Below, in pieces: positions 54,092 through 64,000 of a stretch of 64,000 nt of DNA. Origin of the DNA: Octopus sinensis (lineage: Eukaryota); assembly GCF_006345805.1 (NCBI RefSeq), contig NC_043001.1, positions 24,366,001-24,430,000 on the forward strand. Reading direction: 5' to 3'. A program made the translations under genes and the position numbers. Within the stretch, counting starts at the first letter, position 1, and each line of letters begins with the position of its first letter. The notes beneath the pieces were generated by a model that saw only the letters and a list, made by a program, of their open reading frames with translations, did not search any database and had not been told where the DNA came from.

Positions 54092-54284
54092 CCCTTTAGC
54101 ATTTTAACTTGTTTTGAGTTCCAACCGATAAGATCTGGCCTCTCATACCTACTCAGCAATGTCATTCTAAAAATAAATAATCGCACCACTGAAATCTTGA
54201 AGCAATGAGATAATGCATGATTGATCCCAAACATTATAAATCAACAAATATTACATTTGACAGAGCAATCTGAATGCTAAAGGG
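54092..54284. mobile_element. piggyBac-like MITE
   Basis: TTAA|CCCTTTAGCATT...AATGCTAAAGGG|TTAA. Confidence 0.88.
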
Positions 54285-54782
54285 TTAATAAAGAATGGAA
54301 AATAACAATATTTCATTAATCACATTTTTGCTCTAGGTTGATTATATTGAGCTATTTTGCATGATTAATGCTTTCATTTTTAGAGATCTAACAACCACAT
54401 TGCTGTTAGTCACAAGACTGAGTCTTTAATCACTATAAAAAAAGCACTAAAAGCTAATGGTTTTCATTTTTGTTTTCCATGCATTTACTGATAAAAATAA
54501 TCTTACGTTATGGGAAAAAAAATGATAATGTAAGATAATCTTGAATGGTTAATTGTACACTTTTTACTCTTCATTTTTTTGTTTAGTCACTGGACTGTAG
54601 CCATGCTTGAGCAACATTTTGAAGAATCTTATCCATCATATCAACTCTTTTCTTTTTCCATCACACTATGTGATGAGGCATAAACACTGGCAGTTTTTTT
54701 TTCAAATAGTGTTAAAACAACAACTGACATATAGGCAGATATACTCAAACAGGAACAAGCACAAATACACACACACACATAT

Positions 54783-55153
54783 TTACTCTCTTTTACTCTT
54801 TTACTTGTTTCAGTCATTTGACTGCAGCCATGCTGGAGCACCGCCTTTAGTCGAGCAAATCGACCCCAGAACTTATTCTTTGTAAGCCCAGTACTTATTC
54901 TATCGGTCTCTTTTGCCGAACCGCTAAGTGACGGGGACGTAAACACCCAGCATCGGTTGTCAAGCAATGCTAGGGGGACAAACACAGACACACTTATATA
55001 TATATACATATATACGACAGGCTTCTTTCAGTTTCCGTCTACCAAATCCACTCACAAGGCATTGGTCGGCCCGGGGCTATAGCAGAAGACACTTGCCCAA
55101 GATGCCACGCAGTGGGACTGAACCCAGAACCATGTGGTTGGTTAGCAAGCTAC
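54783..55153 (-). mobile_element. SINE family A
   Basis: Full-length, low-divergence copy. Confidence 0.92.
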
Positions 55154-55329
55154 TTACCACACAGCCACTCCTGTATATATGATCATCATCGCTTAACATC
55201 TGCCTTCGTACTGGCATGGGTGGAACGGTTTGACAGGAGCCAACAAAGCAAAACCTGCACTAGACTTATGCAACTGTTTTGGCAAGATTTTTACAGCTGG
55301 ATGCCCTTCCTAACAACAACCATTCAGCA

Positions 55330-55560
55330 GAGTTGACTGGCAGAAATGTTAGCACTCCGGGTGAAATGCTTAGTGGTATTTCGTCTACAGCTAGGTTCTG
55401 AGTTCAAATTCCAGCAATGTCGACTTTGCCTTTTGTCCTTTCGGGGTCGATTAAATAAGTACCAGTTAATCACTGGGGTCGATATAATCGACTTAATCCA
55501 TTTGTCTGTCCTTGTTTGTCCCCTCTGTGTGTGGCGCCTTGTGGGCAGTAAAGAAATAAG
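55330..55560 (+). mobile_element. SINE family E inserted in an old antisense family B element
   Basis: Family E match; family B motifs at 55180-55320 and 55560-55680. Confidence 0.75.
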
Positions 55561-56049
55561 AGTGGACCTATTGCTTTTTATGTGGTACAAGCACAGGCGA
55601 GATCAGTTTTGGCAAGGTTTTTACAGCTGAATCCAAATGCCAACCCCTTTACAGTGTGAACTGAGTGCCTTTAAGTGGCACCTGCACTGGCCTGGTCGAC
55701 AAGTACTTACAAGAAGAAGAGGTACAAGGTTACCTGGCTGGAGACATCAGGAATGTGAGGGGTTAGCCATGTGTCTCCACTACTGCAGGACACTTGTTTC
55801 TGTCCCTCTGTCATGCTTTAACCTGTCATTACCTGGCATTACAGCTACCTCCATCAATATTACATCCCACTCATTTGAGGGGGTCTTTTCTTGTAAGTTA
55901 CTTGGCGACCTCACTAGTGCCACTGCCACCTAAAATGTATTTAGTACATTCTATAAAGTGGTTGGCATTAGGAAGGGCTTCCAGCCATAGAAATTATGGC
56001 ACAGCAGACACTGGAGATTGACACACTCCTCTGGTTCATCAGCCCTTTT

Positions 56050-56480
56050 CAAATAGGTAGTGTGAACATCAACAGGCTACTAATGCAAATGGTATCATTC
56101 TCATTGCCAAAATCACAAACCAGCTGCAGACCATGTTGACAGAGCTGGACATGCATAGCTTAGTTGTAGTCCTTAAAACAAACCACATGTAAACAAAATA
56201 CAAATGGTCTGAAGATGCTGCACCTGGCTGAATACAGGTGAGAAGCAAAGAAACCTAGGAATTAAAAGGAGGTCTGTTTAGAGCATACAAAGAAATATGC
56301 ACTGAGACATGGTTGTTGAAATCTCATGGAGAATAAGGGTAAGATGGAAGGCATTTACCTCAATATGAGATGGGCTCAAAGCAAAACTAGACAAAACCCT
56401 CTGTGCTAGTCTCTTCTCTCTCTCTATCATACAAGCAATGTTGCTTGTTTTGCAATCTTGCAAATATGTCTGGACTAAGA
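56050..56480 (+). mobile_element. Degenerate RTE-like reverse transcriptase fragment
   Basis: ANGIILIAKITNQLQTMLTELDMHSLVVVLKTN (ADDI..LQ.ML..L...GLKIN-like) and EISWRIRVRWKAFTSI*DGLKAKLDKTLCASLF, with stops and frameshifts. Confidence 0.7.
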
Positions 56481-56490
56481 TAGAATATTA

Positions 56491-57055
56491 TTGGGTTGTC
56501 CAGAAAGTTTGTGCTGATTTTTAAAGGAAAGAGAAAGGTCAATAAATACTTGCCATTACATTTTTAATCAACCAAATATGAACCATTTTGTTGCACAATG
56601 CATCTCATCTTTCCTTTAACTTGAAAATACCCGCTTCCCAGAATTGAGGTGGTTTCATGGCAAAGAATTCATCAAGGTATCTTTTTACGTCATCCAAGGA
56701 ACTGAAATTTTTACCTTTAAGACTATTCTGCAGAGACCTGAATAAGTGGAAATCCGAAGGAGCAATAACTAGCAAATATGCAGGGCGGGGTAACACATTC
56801 TAGCTGAGCTGTAGCAATTTTCGTCTGGTTCCCAAAGCATCAAGTGCCGAAAATGAACTTTCTTATCTTCCATTTTAAAGGGTTACAGAATTAACACAGG
56901 TTATAGGAACATAAACCTTCTTCCATGAAAAGATAGCTTAAACTGTGCTCTAAATGGAGGTGTAGTCAAATCCTATTTTATGGACCCAAATATGTTCTAA
57001 AATAAGTTAAAATGTAAGCTACTATAAATTGGTACGAACTTTCCAGACAACCTAA
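56491..57055 (-). mobile_element. Internally deleted mariner transposon (both TIRs, TA TSD)
   Basis: TA|TTGGGTTGTCCAGAAAGTT...AACTTTCCAGACAACCTAA|TA. Minus strand MEDKKVHFRHLMLWE (ATG at 56873) abuts TRRKLLQL...LPRPAY...IAPSDFHLFRSLQNSL...GIFKLKER, the mariner YSPDLAPSD region. Confidence 0.92.
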
Positions 57056-57457
57056 TACTTTGCTGGAAAACAGGTAAGCATTGGCAATAGGAAGAGCCTC
57101 TGGCCATAACAATCTTATCCGATAAATCCTTCTTGAACCATGCAAACATGTTAAAATGACCAGAACAACAATGGCAGTGATACAATTGATGCTGATGTGA
57201 GGACAATGATGATAATGACAGTAATATTGATGATGATGGTGACAATCATAATGCTGATGACATTAGTGATGACAACAATGATTACAATGTAAAGGTCTGC
57301 TTGACTAATCTCCTCTTATGCTAATGACCGTTTGCCTTTTGTATTTGACAAGAACAATGAAATTAGCAGTAGTGGGATTCAATACAGTAAAAACAAACTT
57401 CTTCAAAGTGATGCCTAAGCGAGGTTACTGACCAATAACTGAAACAACAAAAATAAT

Positions 57458-57493
<36 letters not shown>

Positions 57494-57494
<1 letters not shown>

Positions 57495-57893
57495 GCATAG
57501 GAGTGGATGTGTGGTAAGTAGCTTGCTTACCAACAACATGGTTCTGCGTTCAGTCCCATGGCGTGGCACCTTGGGCAAATGTCTTCTATTATAGCCTTGG
57601 GTGACCAAAGCCATGTGAGTGGATTTGGTAAATGGAAACTGAAAGAAGCCCGTCGTATATATGTATATATATATGTTTGTGTGTATGTGTATGTTTGTAT
57701 GTCTGTGTTTGTCCCCCCAACATTGCTTGACAACTGATGCTGGTGTGTCTACGTCCCCATAACTTAGCAGTTTGGCAAAAGCGACCGATAGAATAAGTAC
57801 TAGGCTTACAAAGAATAAGTCCTGGGGTTGATTCGTTCGACTAAAAGCCGTGCTCCAGCATGGCCGCAGTCAAATGACTGAAACTAGCAAAAC
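57494..57893 (+). mobile_element. SINE family A
   Basis: Full-length match. Confidence 0.9.
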
Positions 57894-58355
57894 AATAATT
57901 GCATGGTCATAGTTGGATTCCCAAGCTGGGAATTTTGAGTAAAACACTTCATTTCATATTGCTTCCGTCCACTCAGCTGCAAATGAGCAACTCTGTGATG
58001 GACTGTCATCCCATTCAAGGAGAATGTTGAGTTCTCAGTCATTTATCTGCTGTGGAAACTAGGTAACCAGCAGCTATGAGTCCTAGAACTTGAGATAGTG
58101 TTTCATTTATTCTTTTATTCTTTTACTTGTTTCAGTCATTTGGCTGTGGCCATGCTGAAGCACCGCCTTTAATCAAATGAATCAACCCAACTTATTCTTT
58201 GTAAGCCTAGTACTTATCCTATCAGTTTCTTTTGCTGAACTGCTAAGTTACAGGGACATAAACACACCAACATTGGTTGTCGAGCGATGGTGTGGGGGAA
58301 CAAACATAGACACACAAATGTATAAATATGTATGTATATATATGTATATATATAT

Positions 58356-58482
58356 ATCTGTAAATATAATATGTGACAATTATTCGGTAACCATGATAAA
58401 ACTCCAAGTTTCCATCCCGACATCCGGAGCTCGGAGTTTTATCATGGCTACTGAATAACTGTCACATATTATATTTACAGAT
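58356..58482. repeat. Inverted repeat (50-bp arms, 27-nt loop, 3 mismatches), PLE-like
   Basis: 58356-58405 is the reverse complement of 58433-58482. Confidence 0.92.
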
Positions 58483-58549
58483 AAATTCCACTGTTTACAT
58501 AATATTGCGGTCTCTGTCTATCTCTTGTTGTCTTACCATTTCTATTAAT

Positions 58550-58727
58550 ATAGTTAGTTAGTTAGTCAGTTAATTTTGGGGCTCAAAAAGCAAAAAGCAA
58601 AGCCATGTAGGGGGACATGGAGTTATGTACAGGGTGGTGCTCATGTAAAGAGTTCAGGCCACTTGAGGTCAAGGGAGACTTTGAACCGAGCGGTTGTCGG
58701 CATCTTCACCATCTCATCTGGCAGCTT
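58550..58727 (-). mobile_element. CR1-clade LINE 3' end with a (TAAC)n tail
   Basis: Minus strand KLPDEMVKMPTTARFKVSLDLKWPELFT* (the CR1 LP..VV.....FK..LD terminus), a short UTR, then TAACTAACT. Confidence 0.75.
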
Positions 58728-58920
58728 CACAATGGCTTACTGTTATTTTAATTCTAATATATATATATATATATATATATAATTAATAATATCAGGTAAG
58801 AGAAAATTTTAGATATTTTTACTACAAGTGGCCTAGCATGTAGAAAAATTAGTCAATAGACTATATATTATTCATATAAATGCTGGATTGCTCGTAATTA
58901 TATGTTTAATCTTAGCGTAA

Positions 58921-58988
58921 CTGTTGATGAAGACTCCGCCTAGCAAATTATTTTATTTGCTAATATAGAACCAGAAACCATGGTCCAG
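58921..58988 (+). ncRNA. Near-complete minimal (PLE-type) hammerhead ribozyme motif, probably inactive (C3>T)
   Basis: CTG-TTGATGA-[region containing the TAGCAAAT/ATTTGCTA hairpin]-GAA-ACCATGGT-C-CAG: palindromic stem III, GUC triplet, CTG/CAG stem I. Confidence 0.5.
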
Positions 58989-60179
58989 GAGATTGATGGT
59001 AAATGTTTTTTTTATTTTTCATTCCCTTCGAAATTTATCCCTAATAGTGGTTTGGGTTTTGGCTATTCCTTCTAGCATGCCAGGTATCCAATGATGGTAA
59101 CTTCTTATGTGTTTAAATGTACACTGTATTTATATATATATATTATATGTATATATATATATATGACAGGCTTTTTTCAGTTCCCGTTAACCAAATGAAC
59201 TCACAAGGCTTTGGATGGCCTGAGGCTACAGTAGAAGATACTTGCCCAAAGTGTCACACAGTGGGACTGAACCTGGAACCATGTGGTTGGGAAGCAGGTT
59301 TCTTACCACACAGCCACTCCTGTGCCTATGGTAAAAAAATATTTACCTGCAAGTCATTTCTGATTGAGCAGACCTATGATCAAAGACATTCCAGTCATGA
59401 CCATATCGTCTTTTTTGGAGATGTCTGAAACAATATAATATAGTATAATATATACTTTCTTTTTAAGATTGTAGAGCCTAATCTGATTTGAGGGAAATTT
59501 GCCTAATATTTCTGGCATCACCAGTAACAACATAGTGGCTCACTCATTCACTTGTCAAAAGGGAGTTGTACACTAATTATTTGAAGCACAGTATGTACAT
59601 GCAATTTTTACTGTAAAGCTTAGAAAGGAAAGCACAAGCTTGATAGCTTGCTGTAGCAAATTCAAAGCAGGGTGGTGAGTACCCATTGTGTATAGTATAA
59701 AAGAATAGAACTTAACCAAGAGGGTTTCAGAGCATAATGGTTGCCAATGAAGGAGGATTTGCTAGCTACGCTAATGCTATCTTTTGAATATGGTACCAAC
59801 TGGGAAGGATTAAAAGAGATATACCATTAATAATCTATTGGGAAATACAATTTAGTTAGCCCAGTGGAGCATTTTCATTAGCTTATGGCTGAAGTAATTA
59901 GTCCTACTTTGCTCAGAAGTTTGAGCATTGTCACTTTGATGCAGTTTTGATTATGACATGAAGGTTTCAGTAGGAGACAGTGGGAGGAAGGAAGGAAGAA
60001 AGAAAGAAAGGAAGGAAGGAAGAAAGAAAGAAAGACTGAGAAAGAAAGGAAAAAAGATGGAAAACAGACATAGAAAGAATCAGAATTTACTTTTTGCAGG
60101 AAATATTTATTTTTTTATTTACTTATGTGTCAACCCAAAGGTGGGGCCATACTGGTGCAGCACCATTATTTGAGGTGCA

Positions 60180-60578
60180 GGCACAGGAGTAGCTGTGGGG
60201 TAAGTAGCTTGCTTACCAACCACATGGTTCCAGGTTCATTCCCACTGCGTGGCACCTTGGGCAAGTGTCTTCTACTATAGCCTCGAGCTGACCAAAGCCT
60301 TGTGAATGGATCTGGTAAAAGAAACTGAAAGAAGCCCGTCGTATATATGTATACATATATGTGTGTGTGTATGTGTTTGTGTGTCTGTGTTTGTCCCCCC
60401 AACATCGCTTGACAACCGATGCTGGCGTGTTTATGTCCCTGTAACTTAGTGGTTCGGCAAAAGAGACCGATAGAATGTGTACTAAGCTTACAGAGAATAA
60501 GTCCTGGGGTCGATTTGCTCGACTAAAGGCGGTGCTCCAGCATGGCCACAGTCAAATGACTGAAACAAGTAAAAGAAG
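60180..60578 (+). mobile_element. SINE family A
   Basis: Full-length match. Confidence 0.92.
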
Positions 60579-61171
60579 GAGAGAGTAATTCTAAATTGAT
60601 AAATCTTCCCAAAAGAATTAAAGAATTAGATGTTGAAAAGATTATCTATTTTCTATATTTTATATAACTTTGGGAATAGAGTTAATCTTTGATACTGAAA
60701 TATAAACTAAAATATGTTTTTATAAAACCATGTGGATTGAGCGCTAACTAGATTTTAATGTCACAATCTTAATCAATGTATGTGTATTCTGAGGAATATA
60801 TTGTTTTTCTTTAACAGGATAGAAAGGGAGAGAGGGGAGAGTGAGAGAGAGACAGTGACTGACTGAAAGATAGTCAGAAAGAGATTCATAAAGTTGTCAC
60901 TTTGCAACATTCATCAGTTGCACAAACAGTCATTCCTGTCATCTCTTTCCTTGTGGTGTCTGCATTATCGTTGTTGCTGCATCAGTCACTTGTATGCTAT
61001 CATCACACTGTCGGGAGTCACTACAACAGTTGCAGAAAACCATAACAATCAGCTGTGGAAAAAAAATAGCAGATCTAAAAAGAACAATAATTACTACAAA
61101 TTTATTCCTATCCGCAATTTCAATTTATTAAACGTTACACACTTTAGTAACACACTCATACACTTACTTAA

Positions 61172-61229
<58 letters not shown>

Positions 61230-61496
61230 ACGTACATACATAAATGCATACAAATTTTCACATATACACATATATAGTACACACATAAAATTGTGCATAA
61301 AAATATACATATAAAGTTATATTTATCATATTACAAAGTCAAATATAAATACACACATACAAACAGACACATCTGTTTAAACTCCTTTTTTAAAATTAAT
61401 ACCTTCTATTTTTTAAAAAAGTTTTAGTCATTTCCATTTCAAATTCAATTAACTTTATTCATTCCGGGATTGTTTTCAACTTCAAAATGATACTAG

Positions 61497-61507
61497 GACG
61501 TCCGAAG
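61497..61507 (+). CDS. Possible 11-nt microexon (DVR-R), or the 3' end of an alternative first exon (MILGRPK from ATG 61487)
   Basis: tag|GACGTCCGAAG|gtaagc with a strong donor; an 81-nt intron to exon 61589 keeps frame for the 11-nt form. caaaATG context upstream. Confidence 0.4.
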
Positions 61508-61588
61508 GTAAGCCACCTTTTTCTATAAATACCCTATCTTACTTTTATATATGTTTTTTTTTTCTCTCTCTCTTGTGGCTCATTGCAG

Positions 61589-61700
61589 GAATCTAGCAAA
61601 CCATTTGTATGCCAAAGTATATGAAACACAAGAGGATATGTGTCGGAAAAGAAATGAAATAAGATTAGCTAATATTCAATTGGCAGCAGTTCGGGCTCAG
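61589..61700 (+). CDS. Internal exon, 112 nt, phase 2-0: (R)NLANHLYAKVYETQEDMCRKRNEIRLANIQLAAVRAQ; coiled coil, tentatively from a Stac-like (BAR-C1-SH3) protein
   Basis: Long polypyrimidine tract plus cattgcag acceptor, CAG|gtaggg donor, heptad-like peptide. Similarity to invertebrate Stac-like proteins is from memory and unverified. Confidence 0.8.
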
Positions 61701-62355
61701 GTAGGGAAATATGTGATCCAATTTTGTTGACTGGAAATGGTTAACTTGGTGTGTTCTTTTAAACCCTGACAATTTTTTTTCTAAGACTTCTTCAAAGAGA
61801 AAAAAACAAATTTGACATTTAACATATCTGGCAAAGAATTAACATCATAAAAAATGTTAATAAGATAGGTGTATTCCATTTAGCAGACAGGATAAAAAAA
61901 AAAAAAACCATCATAAAAGAATGCATCTCTACTCTGACCACAAAAATGTAATCTATGTAATTACTTCAAACTAACACAAGACCACTTGCATGTTTGGTGG
62001 TGGTGGTGGTGGGGCTTTTTGCTTCTTTTTTTTTCTTCGCTTGTTGCTTATTTGTTTGTTTTTGCAGGAGATGGATCAAGTTTTTCATTTATGCTTTACT
62101 TTTTTTCCTTTGAATTAGGTTTTGTTCTCAGTTGACAATGTGTCTTAATGAACAGGATGTCCGAATTTATATTCATGCATTCACACAATATAACACTGGC
62201 ATATAAAGATATACATAACTGCATTCAAACACAGACACACATAGATATATATCTTTACATATGTATATGCGTGTGTATATACATGTGCCTGTGTTTGTAT
62301 AAATAGATACACACACACACACACATATATATATGTATGTATGTATATATATATA

Positions 62356-62587
62356 ACTTAGAGTTTCACGCTCCCGTTCATCGGACACTTTTATTAAAAT
62401 AGAACAGAAATAACGATATCATTATTTCTGTTCTATTTTAACAAAACTGTCCGAACGGTAACGTGAGACTCTGAGTAACAGCTTTTGTTATATTTCTGCT
62501 GCTTTTAAATAAAGCATATTACTCTACCTCTGGTATTTGAGTACTCTTTTTTCCACCTTGTTTCACATTTATGTGCTTACTCCGGTA
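62356..62587 (+). mobile_element. PLE-like terminal fragment with a fold-back (palindrome 62356-62476 centred on GATATC) inside (TA)n
   Basis: Arms ACTTAGAGTTTCACG...TTAAAATAGAACAGAAATAA and TTATTTCTGTTCTATTTTAA...CGTGAGACTCTGAGT, then AATAAA. Confidence 0.65.
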
Positions 62588-63180
62588 CATATATATATAT
62601 ATATATAAATTGAGTCTTGTTTTAAAACTAGATTAAGGATAACAAAAAAGTATTTTAATAGAGGTTTGTTGTGAAGTTTGTCTTAAATGGGACTTTTTGC
62701 ACAGCTGACACAAGTTCCAGTCACCATGTCCTGGTCACTATGAACTTAGCAATAATATATATAAAATCACTCTGGAAATTTCCCAACATAGCTTTCTGCA
62801 TGAAGAACATAGAGATAAGTGCCAGTTGGTCAACTGGAATTTTGTAAGTTCTCTCCCTTGTCCTCTTTTAGGATAAATTTTCATTAATGCTGATGGCCTT
62901 GCCCTCTCAGTACGGTTATAAATGAAATGGTTTACAAGTTACTTTCAGCTGACTTACATCAGTGTGTGTGTGTGTGTGCGTGTGTGTGTGTACGAGTGTT
63001 TGGAATTACAACCAAAAAGACTACACAATATATCATGTAAAGTTTGTTTATATGTATTAGGAACGATAGGAAGTAAAATGATTATTTGCTACTCATAGTT
63101 TTCTGTTACGTGAGTGTATTACAAACACACACATACATATATATATACATGTATGTGTGTGTGAGTGTGTATATATGCAC

Positions 63181-63211
<31 letters not shown>

Positions 63212-63265
63212 TGTACATAGATACAGATACACACCCGTATCTATTTAGATATATGTTGACTCAAG

Positions 63266-63304
<39 letters not shown>

Positions 63305-63315
63305 TTATATATAAA

Positions 63316-63746
63316 TCAAACCAAATCAAAATCGATGAACATCAATGGAATTTGTATTTTTGTGGTACCAGTGCCGGTGGCACATAAGAAAACCATCCGA
63401 ACGTGGCCGTAGCCAGTACCGCATCGACTGGCCTCCGTGCTGTGGGCACGTAACAAACACCATCTGATCGTGGCCGTGCCAGCCCCGCCTGGCCTCTGTG
63501 CCGGTGGCACGTAAAATAAACCATCCGAGCGTGGCCATTCGCCATCCTCGTCTGGCACCTGTGTCGGTGGCACATAAAAAGCACCCACTACACTCACGGA
63601 GTGGTTGGCGTTAGGAAGGGCATCCAGCTGTAGAAACACTGCCAGATCTGACAGGCCTGGTGCAGCCTTCGGGCTTCCCAGACCCCAGTTGAACTGTCCA
63701 ACCCATGCTAGCATGGAAAGCGGACGTTAAACGATGATGATGATGA
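63316..63746 (+). mobile_element. RTE 3'-UTR element (family B) with four internal ~62-bp hairpin modules
   Basis: GTGCCGGTGGCAC-type units at 63371, 63437, 63498 and 63561; family B tail and (GAT)n. Confidence 0.88.
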
Positions 63747-63907
63747 TATACATATTCGTACACATGCGTATGTGTGTGAGTGTGCACATATGTATGCATA
63801 AATAATATAATATAAATATATATATATATACATTATCATCATCAGTTACTGTCTGTCTTCCATGTTATCCATGCCATCATGAAAAGTGACATTACATGAT
63901 GATGATG

Positions 63908-63954
<47 letters not shown>

Positions 63955-64000
63955 GATATATATATTAATCAAAGTATACAATATTGTAGATCCATTATAG

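Larger units (their letters stand above)
58110..59328 (-). mobile_element. Family A SINE split at its internal TA tract by nested insertions
   Basis: 3' half at 58110-58350 and 5' half at about 59150-59328, in the same orientation. Confidence 0.7.

Noticed and set aside
62068-62118. Exon after the strong acceptor tttgtttttgcag (EMDQVF...)
   Set aside because: No convincing donor and an early stop in phase 0; noted only as an orphan acceptor.

Overview
AT-rich eukaryotic genomic DNA, not prokaryotic. The (TA)n/(CA)n/(GAT)n microsatellites and the SINE/LINE/Penelope/MITE mix look like an Octopus (coleoid cephalopod) genome; this is inferred from repeat content. Almost every ORF in the supplied track is spurious (microsatellite or SINE translation); the exceptions are transposon remnants. 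The real coding signal is a set of small + strand exons that the ORF track misses. Four frame-symmetric phase-2 exons (8309-8356, 16662-16727, 21643-21705, 27784-27846), a 16/20-nt microexon (40163-40178/40182) and a terminal exon from 45945 splice into one Ser/Arg-rich reading frame with two alternative C-termini (...TLESLKLKDEE* or ...VDLRKSKVERRRIVKTSAL*). A further phase-2 exon at 61589-61700 encodes a coiled-coil segment that resembles invertebrate Stac-like (BAR-C1-SH3) proteins. The rest is intron-like and contains a 62-bp satellite at the window start, several SINE families, RTE/CR1/R4-Dong LINE fragments, Penelope-like remnants with minimal hammerhead cores in (TA)n tracts, long fold-back hairpins, Helitron-like elements, hAT/piggyBac/pogo MITEs and an internally deleted mariner. 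All exon and family calls were made by eye and need RNA-seq or database confirmation; many repeat boundaries are approximate.
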